64,000 nt of DNA from the NCBI RefSeq assembly GCF_963921235.1, contig NC_086101.1, positions 2,108,001 to 2,172,000 on the forward strand. Reading direction: 5' to 3'. Below are positions 1 to 13,359 of this stretch, in pieces. The notes below the pieces were generated by a model that saw only the letters and a program-made list of their open reading frames with translations, was not told the origin of the DNA and did not search any database. Each line of letters starts with the position of its first letter. The first letter of the stretch is position 1. The translations under genes and the position numbers were made by a program. Source of the stretch: Mobula hypostoma. Lineage: Eukaryota.

Positions 1-282
1 TTTCTATGTTTCTAGAAACACTGACAATGTAAATGCATTGAAACTCTAAAATGCTTCAAAGTAAATGTTGTGGTACGTTTACTATTCAGAAAATGTATGA
101 ATTATATTCATTAACACAGGATATTTCACAATTATATTAACATAGATTTCAAAACTATATTATAATAATTATATTATACAAGGGAAAATGCAAGCTACAT
201 GACAACAAAGACTACGTATGCGGGAACATTTGTTACTGCACGGCCATACACCCGTGCAGCCTAGAGGGAAGAGTGGTCATAC

Positions 283-390
283 CTGTGTTCTGAAACAACG
301 TTGAAAGCATGAAGGCAGTAATTGATGTCAGCAAGCAGCCAAGACCAAAAATGGCCACTGTTATTATCTTGTATTCATGTGGGCGCATGC
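283..390 (-). CDS. Exon 3 (transmembrane) of unnamed Ig-superfamily membrane protein
   Basis: Minus-strand acceptor ttttcttgttcgtgtttcag| and donor |gtatga; 108 bp, phase 1-1; encodes GMRPHEYKIITVAIFGLGCLLTSITAFMLSTLFQNT (hydrophobic helix); splices in frame to the Ig exon. Confidence 0.8.
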
Positions 391-519
391 CTGAAACACG
401 AACAAGAAAACAATCAGCAACACTGCACTCGATTCAGCACTGCTGTCATATCAAATTGAAAACTAGTATGCGATTCTGACCGGTTTCAGGATCCACAGCT
501 TAAATATCTCTCAAGTAAG

Positions 520-820
520 CTGGAGTCTAGGAGCAGAGGTCACAGCCTCAGAACAGGGGAGGACTTTCTTTAGCCAGAGTGTAGTGATTCTTTGGAATTC
601 ATTGCCACAGATCGCAATGGAGGCCAAGCCACTGGGTATCGTTGAAGCAGAGCTCATAGGTTCTTGATTAGTCAGGGAATTAAAGGTTATGTGAACAAGG
701 CAAGAGAATGGGGTTAAGGGGAAAATTAAATCAGCCCCGGTGGAATAGCAGAGCAGACATGATGGGCAGAATGGCCTAATTCTGTTCCCATATCATATGA
801 ACATGTTAGAAGAATCCCAA
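520..820 (+). mobile_element. CR1 LINE 3' fragment
   Basis: Resembles the CR1 ORF2 end and 3' UTR (ttctttagccagagtgtagtg...tggcctaattctg) also seen at 44990-45235. Confidence 0.65.
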
Positions 821-1245
821 TAAATACCCATGCCGTCAGTTTGCAACACATTTCAAAGGTGGTCTGTTAAAGGAGCTCCCCACCCTGAAACATGACTGAA
901 TTTGGAGAGAACAATTCAGTTCCAGTTTTATGCCATTGTTTTGTTTTTAACTGACCTTTGACCAGTCATCAGAATCATAATCACTGGCACATGTTGTAAA
1001 ACTTGTTTTTGGTGGAAGGTGAAACTGCGTCCAGCAGAACTTTAACTCAAAAGGATTGATGTTTCAATTGATGCCAAGTCTCTGTGATAGGCAAGATCAG
1101 TCATCTCCCAGTAGTAACTCCTTCAGCATCACAGGATGAGCATCACCAAAACGCAGTTACAAAATGGTAATGAAGGTTTATCTTTGGATATTATCATGTC
1201 AGACTGAAGCATGAATGATCAGTATCTATCAGTCATATGAACAGA

Positions 1246-2074
1246 AACAGGCCAGGGCTGAGAAGTGGCAGATGCAGTTCAACCCAGATAAGTGTGAAGT
1301 GGTTCATTTTGGTAGCTCAAATATGATGGCAGAATATAGCATTAATGGTAAGACTCTTGGCAGTGTGGAGGATCAGAGGGATCTTGGGGTCCGAGTCCAT
1401 AGGACACTCAAAGCTGCTACGCAGGTTGACTCTGTGGTTAAGAAGGCGTATGGTCCATTGGCCTTCATCAATCGTGGGATTCAGTTTAAGAGCCGAGAGG
1501 TAATGTTGCAGCTATATAGGACCCTGGTCAGAGCCCAATTGGAGTACTGTGCTCAATTCTGGTCACCTCACTACAGAAAGGATGTGGAAACCATAGAAAG
1601 GGTGCAGAGGAGATTTACAAGGATGTTTCCTGGATTGGGGAGCATGCCTGATTAGAACAGATTGAGTGAACTCAGCCTTTTCTCCTTGGAGTGACAGAGG
1701 ATGAGAGGTGACCTGATAGAGGTGTATAAGAAGATGAGAGGCATTGATCGTGTGGATAGTCAGAGGCTTTTTCCCAGGGTTGAAATGGCTAGCACGAGAG
1801 GGCATAGTTTTAAGGTGCTTGGAAGTAGGTACAGAGGGGATATCAGTGGTAAGTTTTTTTACACAGAGAGTGGTGAGTGCGTGGAATGGGCTGCCAGCGG
1901 CGGTGGTGGAGGTGGAAATGATAGGGTCTTTTAAAAGACTCCTGGATGGATACATGGAGCTTAGAAAAATAGAGGGCTATGGGTAAGCCTAGGTAGTTCT
2001 AAGGTAAGGACATGTTTGGCACAGCTTTGTGGGCCGAAGGGCCTGTATTGTGCTGTAGATTTTCTGTGTTTCTA
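1246..2074 (+). mobile_element. CR1 LINE, 5'-truncated (RT C-terminus plus 3' UTR)
   Basis: WQMQFNPDKCEVVHFG, LEYCAQFWSP, RGDLIEVYK motifs; ends in a tttctgtgtttcta tail; in-frame stops. Confidence 0.9.
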
Positions 2075-3525
2075 CCAGAGGATTGGAGGATATCCAATGT
2101 TGTTCTGCTGTTTAAGAAAGGCTCTAAAAATAAACAGGGAAATTCTCAGCCAGTTACCCTGACATCAATACCGGGAAAATTACTGAAAGGGACTGGATAT
2201 AAGAGTATTTGGATTGCTTTGTGCATGCTAAGTCATGTCTAACCAATCTTATACAGTTTTTAGAAGAAGTTAAGAGGAAATTTGAGGAAGGGAAGGCGGT
2301 GGATGTTGTCTACGTGGACTTTAGGAGGGCATTTCATAAGGTCCGACGTGGGAGGCTGGTCTAGAAGGTTCAGTCGCTGGGCATTCAAGATGAGGTAGTA
2401 AATTCAATTAGCCAGTGGCTTTGTGGGAGAAGCCATTGAGTGGTAGTCGAGGTTGCCTCTCTGCCTGGAGGCCTGTGGCTAGTGGAGTCCTGCAGGGATT
2501 GGTGCTGGGTCCTGTTTGTTATCTCTATCAATGATCTGGATGATAATGTGTTTAATTGGATAATTTCACCTTTCGCCCTTAACCCATGACCTCTAGTTCT
2601 GGTTCCACCCTACCTCAGTCAAAAAAGCCTGCTTGCATTTACCCTGTCTATACCCCTCATAATTTTACATACCTTTATCAAATTTCACCTCAATCTTCGA
2701 CATTCCAAAGGATTTAATCCAAAACTATTCAATTTTTCCTTATAACTAAGTCCTCCAGACACAGCAACACCCTTGTAAATTTTCTCCACACACTTTCAAC
2801 CTTATTTACATTTTCCTGCAGGCAGGTGATCAAAACTGCACACAATACTCCAAGTTAGACCTCACCAATGTCTTATACAATTTCAACATAACATCCCATC
2901 TCCTGTACTCAATATTTAATTTATGAAGGTTAATGTGCCAAAAGCTTTCTTTATATTACCCTGTCAACCTATGACGCCACTTTCAACGTTTCAACGAGTT
3001 GCGGACCTATAATCCCAGATCCTTTTGTTCTACTGCAATCCTCAGTGCCCCAACATTCACTTATCTGGGTTGAACTCCATCTGCCACTTCTCAGACCAGT
3101 TTTGCATCCTATCAATGTCTCGCTGTAACCTCTGACAGCCCTCCATACTATCCACAACACCTCCAACCTTTGTATTATCAGCCAATTTACTAATCCATCC
3201 TTCCACTTCCTCATCCAGGTCACTTATAAAAAACACGAAGAGTAAGGGTCCCAGAACAGATCCCCGAGACACACCACTGCTCACCAGCCTCCATGCAGAA
3301 TATGACCCGTCTACAACCACTCCTTGCCTTCTGTGGGAGAGCCAGTTCTGGATCCACAAAGCAATGTCCCCTTGGATCCCATGCCCTCTCATGGCCCCTT
3401 CTGGTTCTCCTAATTTCATTCTTAAAATCCTTCCTGTTAGCCTTATAATTTTCTAGATCTCTATCATTACCTAGTTTTTTTGAACCTTTTGTAAGATCTT
3501 CTTTTCTTCTTGACTAGATTTACAA
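2075..3525. mobile_element. Mosaic of CR1 ORF2 fragments (+ 2075-2560, - 2561-3525)
   Basis: EDWRISNVVLLFKKG on +; GSVLGPLLF...ADNTKVGG...WQMEFNPDK on -. Confidence 0.8.
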
Positions 3526-5510
3526 AAGCCATCGGGCCAACCCAGAGCAAGTCAGCACCATTGAAAACCATAACAGGCGAGACCTTCAATGACAAAGGCA
3601 AACAGATGGAGAGATGGGTGGAGCATTACTCTGAACTCTTCTCCAGAGAAAACAGCATCTCGGACAGCGCGCTAGACGCCGTGGAATGCCTGCCTGTCAT
3701 GGAGGAACTTGATGCATTGCCGACTGCCGAAGAGCTGAGTAAAGCCATTGACAGCCTGCCCACTGGGAAGGCACCAGGATTGGATGGCATTCCACCAGAG
3801 GCCATCAAATGTGCAAAGGGCGTCCTGCTAAACCACCTGAACCAACTACTGTGCCAGTGCTGGACAGAGGGAGCAGTGCTGCAAGACATGAGAGACTGCA
3901 ACATTATCACCCTATATAAGAACAAAGAGGACAGAAGCGACTGTAACAACTACAGAGGAATCTCCTTGCTGAGCATCGTTGGGAAGGTCCTCACCTGCGT
4001 GGTCCAGAACAGACTGCAGAAAATAGCCGAAAGGGTATATCCTGAGTCTCAGTGCAGTTTTGGGTCAGAACGTTCCACAATCGATATGATCTTCTCCCTT
4101 CGACAGCTACAAGAGAAATGCAGAGAGCAAAGACAACCACTCTACATCGCTTTCATTGACCTCACGAAGGCCTTCGACCTTGTGAGCAGAGACAGTCTGT
4201 TCAAAATCCTCACCAGGATTGGTTGTCCCCCGAGGCTCCTCAGGATTGTTCAGTCATTCCACACAGACATGAAGGGTGTCGTTTAGTTCGACGGCTCTTC
4301 GGAGGCCTTCAGCATCCGCAGCGGTGTGAAGCAGGGCTGTGTGCTTGCCCCCACCCTGTTTGGCATCTTCTTCGCAGTCATGCTGAAGCACGCCTTTGGA
4401 ACATCAACTAATGGTGTCTAACTCCACACCAGATTGGACGGGAGGCTGTTTAGAATGTCCCGGCTGAGGGTGAAAACCAAGGTTCGTGAAGTACTCATCA
4501 GGGACATGTTGTTTACAGACGACACGGCACTGGCAACACACTCTGAAGAGCAACTGCAACACCTCATGGACAGCTTCTCAAGAGCCTCCCAGGACTTCAG
4601 CTTGACCATTGGCCTGAAGAAGACCAACGTGATGGTCCAAGGCACTGAGCACCCCCCCCCCGCCATTACCATCAACAACTACGAGCTGGAGGTAGTTCAC
4701 GAGTTTACATACCTTGGCTCCACCATCACGGACAGCCTCTCCCTAGACCCTGAGATCAACAGACGGATCGGACGAGCAGCCTCAACATTCGCCAGGTTGA
4801 CAAAGAGAGTCTGGGAGAACAGAAAGCTGACGATGCACACCAAGGTTGCAGTCTACTGGGCCTGTGTCCTCAGCACACTGCTTTACGGCAGCGAGACCTG
4901 GAGCCTCTACTCCAGACAACAGCAGCATCTCGACAACTTCCACCTTCGCAGCCTGAGACGCATCCTGGACATCACATGGACTGACCGAGTCACCAACAAT
5001 GAGGTCCTGGCCCGCGCCCAGATACCCAGCCTCTTCACCTTGCTCCAACAATGCTGACTCCGCTAGCTGGGCCACGTACACTGCATGTCAGATGGGAGGA
5101 TCCCGAAAGACCTGCTTTACGGGGAACTGGCCTCCGGCAAGAGGGCACAAGGGCGGCCCCATCTTCATTTCAAAGATGTCTGCAAGAGAGACATGAAGTC
5201 ATTGAAAATGACCGTCGAGAGGTGGGAGGACATCGCAAGCGATCGCTCTCACTGGAGGCTGGAACTACGCTGAGGTCTAAAAAGAGGAGAAGAGAAGCTG
5301 AGGCTTGCTGCTGAAGAAAAGCGCACTCGTCGGAAAAACAGCACCAAGACAACACTGGAGGATGGTGCCTTCAAGTGCAGTCGCTGCAGCCGAGACTGTC
5401 ACTCCCGTGTGGGACTCTACAGCCACAACAGACGCTGCTCTAACACAGACTGAAGCAAGACTTTCCAGGCACAGATCTATGGTCTCGTGAGACTAATGGA
5501 TACCACCACG
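3526..5510 (+). mobile_element. RTE-clade non-LTR retrotransposon, 5'-truncated, inserted into a CR1
   Basis: GKAPGLDGIPPE, NYRGISLLS, FIDLTKAFD, GVKQGCVLAPTLF, LFTDD, FTYLGS, LLYGSETW, GRIPKDLLYGEL; C-terminal CxxC...HxxxC; minus-strand CR1 resumes at 5511. Confidence 0.9.
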
Positions 5511-6070
5511 ACTGTACACCACGGTTCCTGTACCCTACCATCCTTTCCCTGTCTCATTGGAACGTATCTATGCAGAACCCCACACAAATATCCCCTGAAC
5601 ATTTGCCACATTTCTGCCATACGCTTCCCTGAGAACATCTGTTTCCAATTTATGCTTCCAAGTTCCTGCCTGATAGCTTCATATTTTCCCTTACTTCGGT
5701 TAAACATTTTCCTAACTTGTCTGTTCCTATCCTCCTCCAATGCTATGGTAAAGGAAATAGAATTGTGATCACTATCTCCAAAATGCTCTCCCACTGAGAG
5801 ACTGGGAGTCTCCAGGACCTCCCACATCTGACACCGAGCACAGAAAACTGGCCTCACACACGTTCTGTCTGTAATCTACACAAGTAACGTACCTCACGTT
5901 GACCCATTATTGCCTAAGCCCTGTTGAGCCAAAGCCTTCCTACTCTGTCTCCCTCTACTCTGTTGTCTGCCCCAACGGCCGCTTTGTGAAGCTGTCTTCT
6001 TTTTAAACTCTTCTCGCTGTTCGCTCTGGCCGACATCCACGCACTTGCGCAGTCATGCCCTGTTCAAACC
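5511..6070 (-). mobile_element. CR1 fragment (ORF2 GEHFGDSDHN region fused to ORF1/5' piece)
   Basis: ORF 5477-5857: FCARCQMWEV then SVGEHFGDSDHNSISF. Confidence 0.75.
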
Positions 6071-6149
6071 ACTTAAGAAATAACCTGGTACTTCACCTGT
6101 TGCTAGGGTGTCTCTGTGAGGGCCCTGGCAGTTTCTGCACTTGCCTTAA

Positions 6150-6640
6150 TTGAATTGACTTGACTTAATTTCTTACATGCTTCACATACATGAGGAGTAA
6201 AAATCTTTATGTTACATCTCCGTCTGAATGTGCAGTGTGCAAATTATAGCAACTTGTAACATATACAACAGAAATACACATGTGTCAGCATAAATTAATC
6301 AGTCTGATGGCCTGGTGGAAGAAGCTGTCCCGGAGCCTGTTGGTCCTGGCTTTTATGCTGTGGTACTGTTTCCTGGATGGTAGCAGCTGGAACAGTTTGT
6401 GGTTGGGGTGACTTGTGTCCCCAGTGATCCTTTGGGCCCTTTTTACACACCTGTCTTTGTAAACGTCCTGAATAGTGGGAAGTTCACAACTACAGATGGG
6501 CTGGGCTGTCTGCACCACTCTCTGCAGAGACCTGTGATTGAGGGAAGTACAGTTCCCGTACCACGCAGTGATGCAGCCAATCAGGATGCTCTCAGTTGTG
6601 CCCTGTAGAAAGTCCTTAGGAGTTAGGGACTCATGCCAAA
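6150..6640 (-). mobile_element. Rex1/Babar LINE 3' fragment
   Basis: HPNHKLFQLLPS...RTNRLRDSFFHQAIRLIN; nearly the same as 22400-22770. Confidence 0.8.
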
Positions 6641-6649
6641 CTTCACTTT

Positions 6650-9600
6650 CAGTAGCACAGAGGCTGGCACAGCACCCTACAGTGGCACGGAGGCCAGCGC
6701 GACACCCTACAGTGGCACAGAGGTCAGCACAACACCCTACAGTGGCACAGAGGCCAGCGCGACACCCTACAGTGGCACAGAGGCCAGCGCGACACCCTAC
6801 AGTGGCACGGAGGCCAGCGCGACACCCTACAGTGGCACGGAGGCCAGCGCGACACCCTACAGTGGCACAGAGGCCAGCGCGACACCCTACAGTGGCACGG
6901 AGGCCAGCGCGACACCCTACAGTGGCACGGAGGCCAGCGCGACACCCTACAGTGGCACGGAGACTGGCACAACACCCTACAGTGGCACGGAGGCTGGCAC
7001 AACACCCTACAGTGGCACAGAGGCCAGCACGACACGTTACAGTGGCACGGAGGCCAGCACGACACCCTACAGTGGCACGGAGGCCGGCACGACACCCTAC
7101 AGTGGCACGGAGGTCAGCACGACACCCTACAGTGGTACGGAGGCCAGCACGACACCCTACAGTGGCACAGAGGCTGGCACAACACCCTACAGTGGCACGG
7201 AGGTCAGCACGACACCCTACAGTGGCACGGAGGCCAGCGCGACGCCCTACAGTGGTACGGAGGTCAGCACGACACCCTACAGTGGCACGGAGGCCAGCGC
7301 GACACCCTACAGTGGCACGGAGGCCAGCGCGACACCCTACAGTGGCACGGAGGCCAGCGCGACACCCTACAGTGGCACGGAGGCCAGCACGACACCCTAC
7401 AGTAGCACGGAGGCCAGCACGACACCCTACAGTGGCACAGAGGTCAGCACGACACGTTACAGTGGCACAGAGGTCAGCACGACACCCTACAGTGGCACGG
7501 AGGCCAGCACGACACCCTACAGTGGCACGGAGGTCAGCACGACACCCTACAGTGGCACGGAGGCCAGCACGACACCCTACAGTGGCACAGAGGCCAGCAC
7601 GACACGTTACAGTGGCAGGGAGGCTGGCACAACACCCTACAGTGGCACAGAGGTCAGCACGACACGTTACAGTGGCACAGAGGTCAGCACGACACCCTAC
7701 AGTGGCACAGAGGCCAGCACGACACGTTACAGTGGCAGGGAGGCTGGCACAACACCCTACAGTGGCACAGAGGTCAGCACGACACGTTACAGTGGCACAG
7801 AGGTCAGCACGACACCCTACAGTGGCACAGAGGCTGGCACAACACCCTACAGTGGCACGGAGGCCAGCGCGACGCCCTACAGTGGCACAGAGGTCAGCAC
7901 GACACCCTACAGTGGCACGGAGGTCAGCACAACACCCTACAGTGGCACGGAGGCCAGCGCGACACCCTACAGTGGCACGGAGGCCAGCACGACACCCTAC
8001 AGTGGCACGGAGGTCAGCACGACACGTTACAGTGGCACAGAGGTCAGCACGACACGTTACAGTGGCACAGAGGTCAGCACGACACCCTACAGTGGCACAG
8101 AGGCCAGCACAACACCCTACAGTGGCACGGAGGCCAGCACAACACGTTACAGTGGCACAGAGGTCAGCACGACACGTTACAGTGGCACAGAGGTCAGCAC
8201 GACACCCTACAGTGGCACAGAGGCCAGCACAACACCCTACAGTGGCACGGAGGTCAGCACAACACCCTACAGTGGCACGGAGGCCAGCACAACACGTTAC
8301 AGTGGCACAGAGGCCAGCACGACACCCTACAGTGGCACAGAGGCCAGCACAACACCCTACAGTGGCACGGAGGTCAGCACGACACCCTACAGTGGCACGG
8401 AGGCCAGCACAACACGTTACAGTGGCACAGAGGCCAGCACGACACGTTACAGTGGCACGGAGGCCGGCACAACACCCTACAGTGGCACGGAGGTCAGCAC
8501 GACACGTTACAGTGGCACGGAGGTCAGCACGACACGTTACAGTGGCACGGAGGTCAGCACGACACCCTACAGTGGCACGGAGGTCAGCACGACACCCTAC
8601 AGTGGCACGGAGGCCAGCACGACACCCTACAGTGGCACGGAGGCCAGCACGACACCCTACAGTGGCACGGAGGCCAGCACGACACCCTACAGTGGCACGG
8701 AGGCCAGCACAGCACCCTACAGTGGCACGGAGGCCAGCACGACACCCTACAGTGGCACAGAGGCCGGCACGACACCCTACAGTGGCACGGAGGTCAGCAC
8801 GACACCCTACACTGGCACAGAGGCCAGCACGACACCCTACACTGGCACAGAGGCCAGCACGACACCCTACAGTGGCACGGAGGCCAGCACGACACCCTAC
8901 ACTGGCACGGAGGCCAGCACGACACGTTACAGTGGCACGGAGGTCAGCGCGACACCCTACAGTGGCACGGAGGCCGGCACGACACCCTACAGTGGCACGG
9001 AGGCCGGCACGACACCCTACAGTGGCACGGAGGCCAGCACGACACCCTACAGTGGCACGGAGGCCAGCACGACACCCTACACTGGCACGGAGGCCAGCAC
9101 GACACGTTACAGTGGCACGGAGGTCAGCACGACACGTTACAGTGGCACGGAGGTCAGCGCGACACGTTACAGTGGCACGGAGGCCGGCGCGACACCCTAC
9201 AGTGGCACGGAGGTCGGCGCGACACCCTACAGTGGCACGGAGGTCGGCGCGACACCCTACAGTGGCACGGAGGTCGGCACGACACCCTACAGTGGCACGG
9301 AGGTCGGCACGACACCCTACAGTGGCACGGAGGCCGGCACGACACCCTACAGTGGCACGGAGGCCGGCACGACACCCTACAGTGGCACGGAGGTCGGCAC
9401 GACACCCTACAGTGGCACGGAGGCCGGCACGGCACCCTACAGTGGCACGGAGGCCAGCACGACACCCTACACTGGCACGGAGGCCAGCACGTCACGTTAC
9501 AGTGGCACGGAGGTCAGCACGACACGTTACAGTGGCACGGAGGTCAGCGCGACACGTTACAGTGGCACAGAGGCCGGCACGACACCCTACAGTGGCACGG

Positions 9601-12600
9601 AGGCCGGCACGACACCCTACAGTGGCACGGAGGCCAGCACGACACCCTACAGTGGCACAGAGGCCGGCACGACACCCTACAGTGGCACGGAGGTCAGCAC
9701 GACACCCTACACTGGCACAGAGGCCAGCACGACACCCTACAGTGGCACAGAGGCCAGCACGACACCCTACAGTGGCACGGAGGCCAGCACAACACCCTAC
9801 ACTGGCACGGAGGCCAGCACGACACGTTACAGTGGCACGGAGGTCAGCGCGACACCCTACAGTGGCACGGAGGCCGGCACGACACCCTACAGTGGCACGG
9901 AGGCCGGCACGACACCCTACAGTGGCACGGAGGCCAGCACGACACCCTACAGTGGCACGGAGGCCAGCACGACACCCTACACTGGCACGGAGGCCAGCAC
10001 GACACGTTACAGTGGCACGGAGGTCAGCGCGACACGTTACAGTGGCACGGAGGTCAGCGCGACACGTTACAGTGGCACGGAGGCCGGCGCGACACCCTAC
10101 AGTGGCACGGAGGTCGGCGCGACACCCTACAGTGGCACGGAGGTCGGCACGACACCCTACAGTGGCACGGAGGCCGGCACGACACCCTACAGTGGCACGG
10201 AGGTCGGCACGACACCCTACAGTGGCACGGAGGCCGGCACGACACCCTACAGTGGCACGGAGGCCGGCACGACACCCTACAGTGGCACGGAGGCCGGCAC
10301 GACACCCTACAGTGGCACGGAGGCCAGCACGGCACCCTACAGTGGCACGGAGGCCAGCACGACACCCTACAGTGGCACGGAGGCCAGCACGACACCCTAC
10401 ACTGGCACGGAGGCCAGCACGTCACGTTACAGTGGCACGGAGGTCAGCACGACACGTTACAGTGGCACGGAGGTCAGCGCGACACGTTACAGTGGCACAG
10501 AGGCCGGCACGACACCCTACAGTGGCACGGAGGCCGGCACGACACCCTACAGTGGCACGGAGGTCAGCACAGCACCCTACAGTGGCACGGAGGCCAGCAC
10601 GACACCCTACAGTGGCACAGAGGCCGGCACGACACCCTACAGTGGCACGGAGGCCGGCACGACACCCTACAGTGGCACAGAGGCCAGCACGACACCCTAC
10701 AGTGGCACGGAGGCCAGCACGACACCCTACAGTGGCACGGAGGCCAGCACGACACCCTACACTGGCACGGAGGCCAGCACGACACGTTACAGTGGCACGG
10801 AGGTCAGCGCGACACCCTACAGTGGCACGGAGGCCGGCACGACACCCTACAGTGGCACGGAGGCCGGCACGACACCCTACAGTGGCACGGAGGCCAGCAC
10901 GACACCCTACAGTGGCACGGAGGCCAGCACGACACCCTACACTGGCACGGAGGCCAGCGCGACACGTTACAGTGGCACGGAGGTCAGCGCGACACGTTAC
11001 AGTGGCACGGAGGTCGGCGCGACACGTTACAGTGGCACGGAGGCCGGCGCGACACCCTACAGTGGCACGGAGGTCGGCGCGACACCCTACAGTGGCACGG
11101 AGGTCGGCACGACACCCTACAGTGGCACGGAGGCCGGCACGACACCCTACAGTGGCACGGAGGCCGGCACGACACCCTACAGTGGCACGGAGGCCGGCAC
11201 GACACCCTACAGTGGCACGGAGGTCAGCACGACACCCTACAGTGGCACGGAGGCCAGCACGGCACCCTACAGTGGCACGGAGGCCAGCACGACACCCTAC
11301 ACTGGCACGGAGGCCAGCGCGACACCCTACACTGGCACGGAGGCCAGCACGACACGTTACAGTGGCACGGAGGTCAGCACGACACGTTACAGTGGCACGG
11401 AGGTCAGCGCGACACGTTACAGTGGCACAGAGGCCAGCGCGACACGTTACAGTGGCACAGAGGCCGGCACGACACCCTACAGTGGCACGGAGGCCGGCAC
11501 GACACCCTACAGTGGCACGGAGGTCGGCGCGACACGTTACAGTGGCACAGAGGCCAGCGCGACACGTTACAGTGGCACAGAGGCCAGCACGACACCCTAC
11601 AGTGGCACGGAGGCCAGCACAACACCCTACAGTGGCACGGAGGCCAGCGCGACACGTTACAGTGGCACGGAGGCCAGCGCGACACGTTACAGTGGCACGG
11701 AGGCCAGCGCGACACCCTACAGTGGCACGGAGGCCAGCGCGACGCCCTACAGTGGCACAGAGGCCAGCGCGACACGTTACAGTGGCACAGAGGCCAGCGC
11801 GACGCCCTACAGTGGCACAGAGGCCAGCGCGACATGTTACAGTGGCACAGAGGCCAGCGCGACGCCCTACAGTGGCACAGAGGCCAGCGCGACGCCCTAC
11901 AGTGGCACAGAGGCCAGCGCGACACGTTACAGTGGCACGGAGGCCAGCGCGACACGTTACAGTGGCACGGAGGCCAGCGCGACACGTTACAGTGGCACGG
12001 AGGCCAGCGCGACACGTTACAGTGGCACGGAGGCCAGCGCGACGCCCTACAGTGGCACAGAGGCCAGCGCGACGCCCTACAGTGGCACAGAGGCCAGCGC
12101 GACGCCCTACAGTGGCACAGAGGCCAGCGCGACGCCCTACAGTGGCACAGAGGCCAGCGCGACGCCCTACAGTGGCACAGAGGCCAGCGCGACGCCCTAC
12201 AGTGGCACAGAGGCCAGCGCGACACCCTACAGTGGCACAGAGGCCAGCGCGACACCCTACAGTGGCACAGAGGCCAGCGCGACACCCTACAGTGGCACAG
12301 AGGCCAGCGCGACACGTTACAGTGGCACAGAGGCCAGCGCGACGCCAGCACGACGCCCTACAGTGGCACAGAGGCCAGCGCGACACCCTACAGTGGCACA
12401 GAGGCCAGCGCGACACCCTACAGTGGCACAGAGGCCAGCGCGACACCCTACAGTGGCACAGAGGCCAGCGCGACACGTTACAGTGGCACAGAGGCCAGCG
12501 CGACACGTTACAGTGGCACAGAGGCCAGCGCGACGCCAGCACGACGCCCTACAGTGGCACAGAGGCCAGCACGACGCCCTACAGTGGCACAGAGGCCAGC

Positions 12601-12895
12601 GCGACACCCTACAGTGGCACAGAGGCCAGCGCGACACCCTACAGTGGCACAGAGGCCAGCGCGACACCCTACAGTGGCACAGAGGCCAGCGCGACACGTT
12701 ACAGTGGCACAGAGGCCAGCACAGCACCCTACAGTGGCACAGAGGCCAGCGCGACACCCTACAGTGGCACAGAGGCCAGCGCGACACGTTACAGTGGCAC
12801 AGAGGCCAGCACAGCACCCTACAGTGGCACAGAGGCCAGCGCGACGCCAGCACGATGCCCTACAGTGGCACAGAGGCCAGCACAACACTCTACAG
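6650..12895 (+). repeat. 30-bp minisatellite, about 207 units (AGTGGCAC[A/G]GAGG[C/T]C[A/G]GC[A/G]CGACAC[CC/GT]TAC)
   Basis: Direct 30-bp periodicity; three 11-bp partial duplications near 12345, 12535 and 12845; lies in intron 2 of the Ig gene. Confidence 0.98.
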
Positions 12896-13130
12896 CAGAG
12901 CTGACCCAGGTTGAATTCCTGCTGCTGCCTCGAAGGAGTTTGTCCATTCTCCCTGTGACCGCGTGGATCTCCTTTGTGTGCTGGCATTTCCTCCCACAGT
13001 GCAATGGTGTACCGGTTGCTGGGTTAAATGGTTGCTCTAAGTTGTCCCATGATTAGGCTCTATCAGGGTTGCCGGGCGGTGCCTTTGGAAGGGCAGATTC
13101 CACCCTGCATCTCAATACTACAAATAATCT
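12863..13130 (+). mobile_element. tRNA-derived V-SINE (HE1-like)
   Basis: A-box-like TGGCACAGAGG, B-box-like GGTTGAATTCC (~12909), V-domain-like ttctccctgtgaccgcgtgg...tttcctcccacag, A-rich tail. Confidence 0.8.
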
Positions 13131-13359
13131 TAAAAAAAAGCTTGTAAAAAGTTGCAGGGAAGATGGGAGTGGGGAACGTCTGATGATCTTTAATGATTTT
13201 ATGAACTGGGCATGGACAATAAAAGCCAGAATTTGCAGAAACATTTATAAATAAAGATCCAGACCCCTTCCCTTTGCAAATAACATTTAAAATTGTTTAC
13301 TGTAGACACCTGACGTTGTGTCAGGTCACCCAGTGGTCTGAGGTGCTAATGAAACTCAC

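Noticed and set aside
6538-13056. 2172-aa and 2093-aa ORFs as mucin or adhesive protein genes
   Set aside because: Products of a stop-free 30-bp repeat; starts lie in or beside a Rex1 fragment, ends lie in a SINE, 11-bp indels swap frames, and the array is antisense in an intron.
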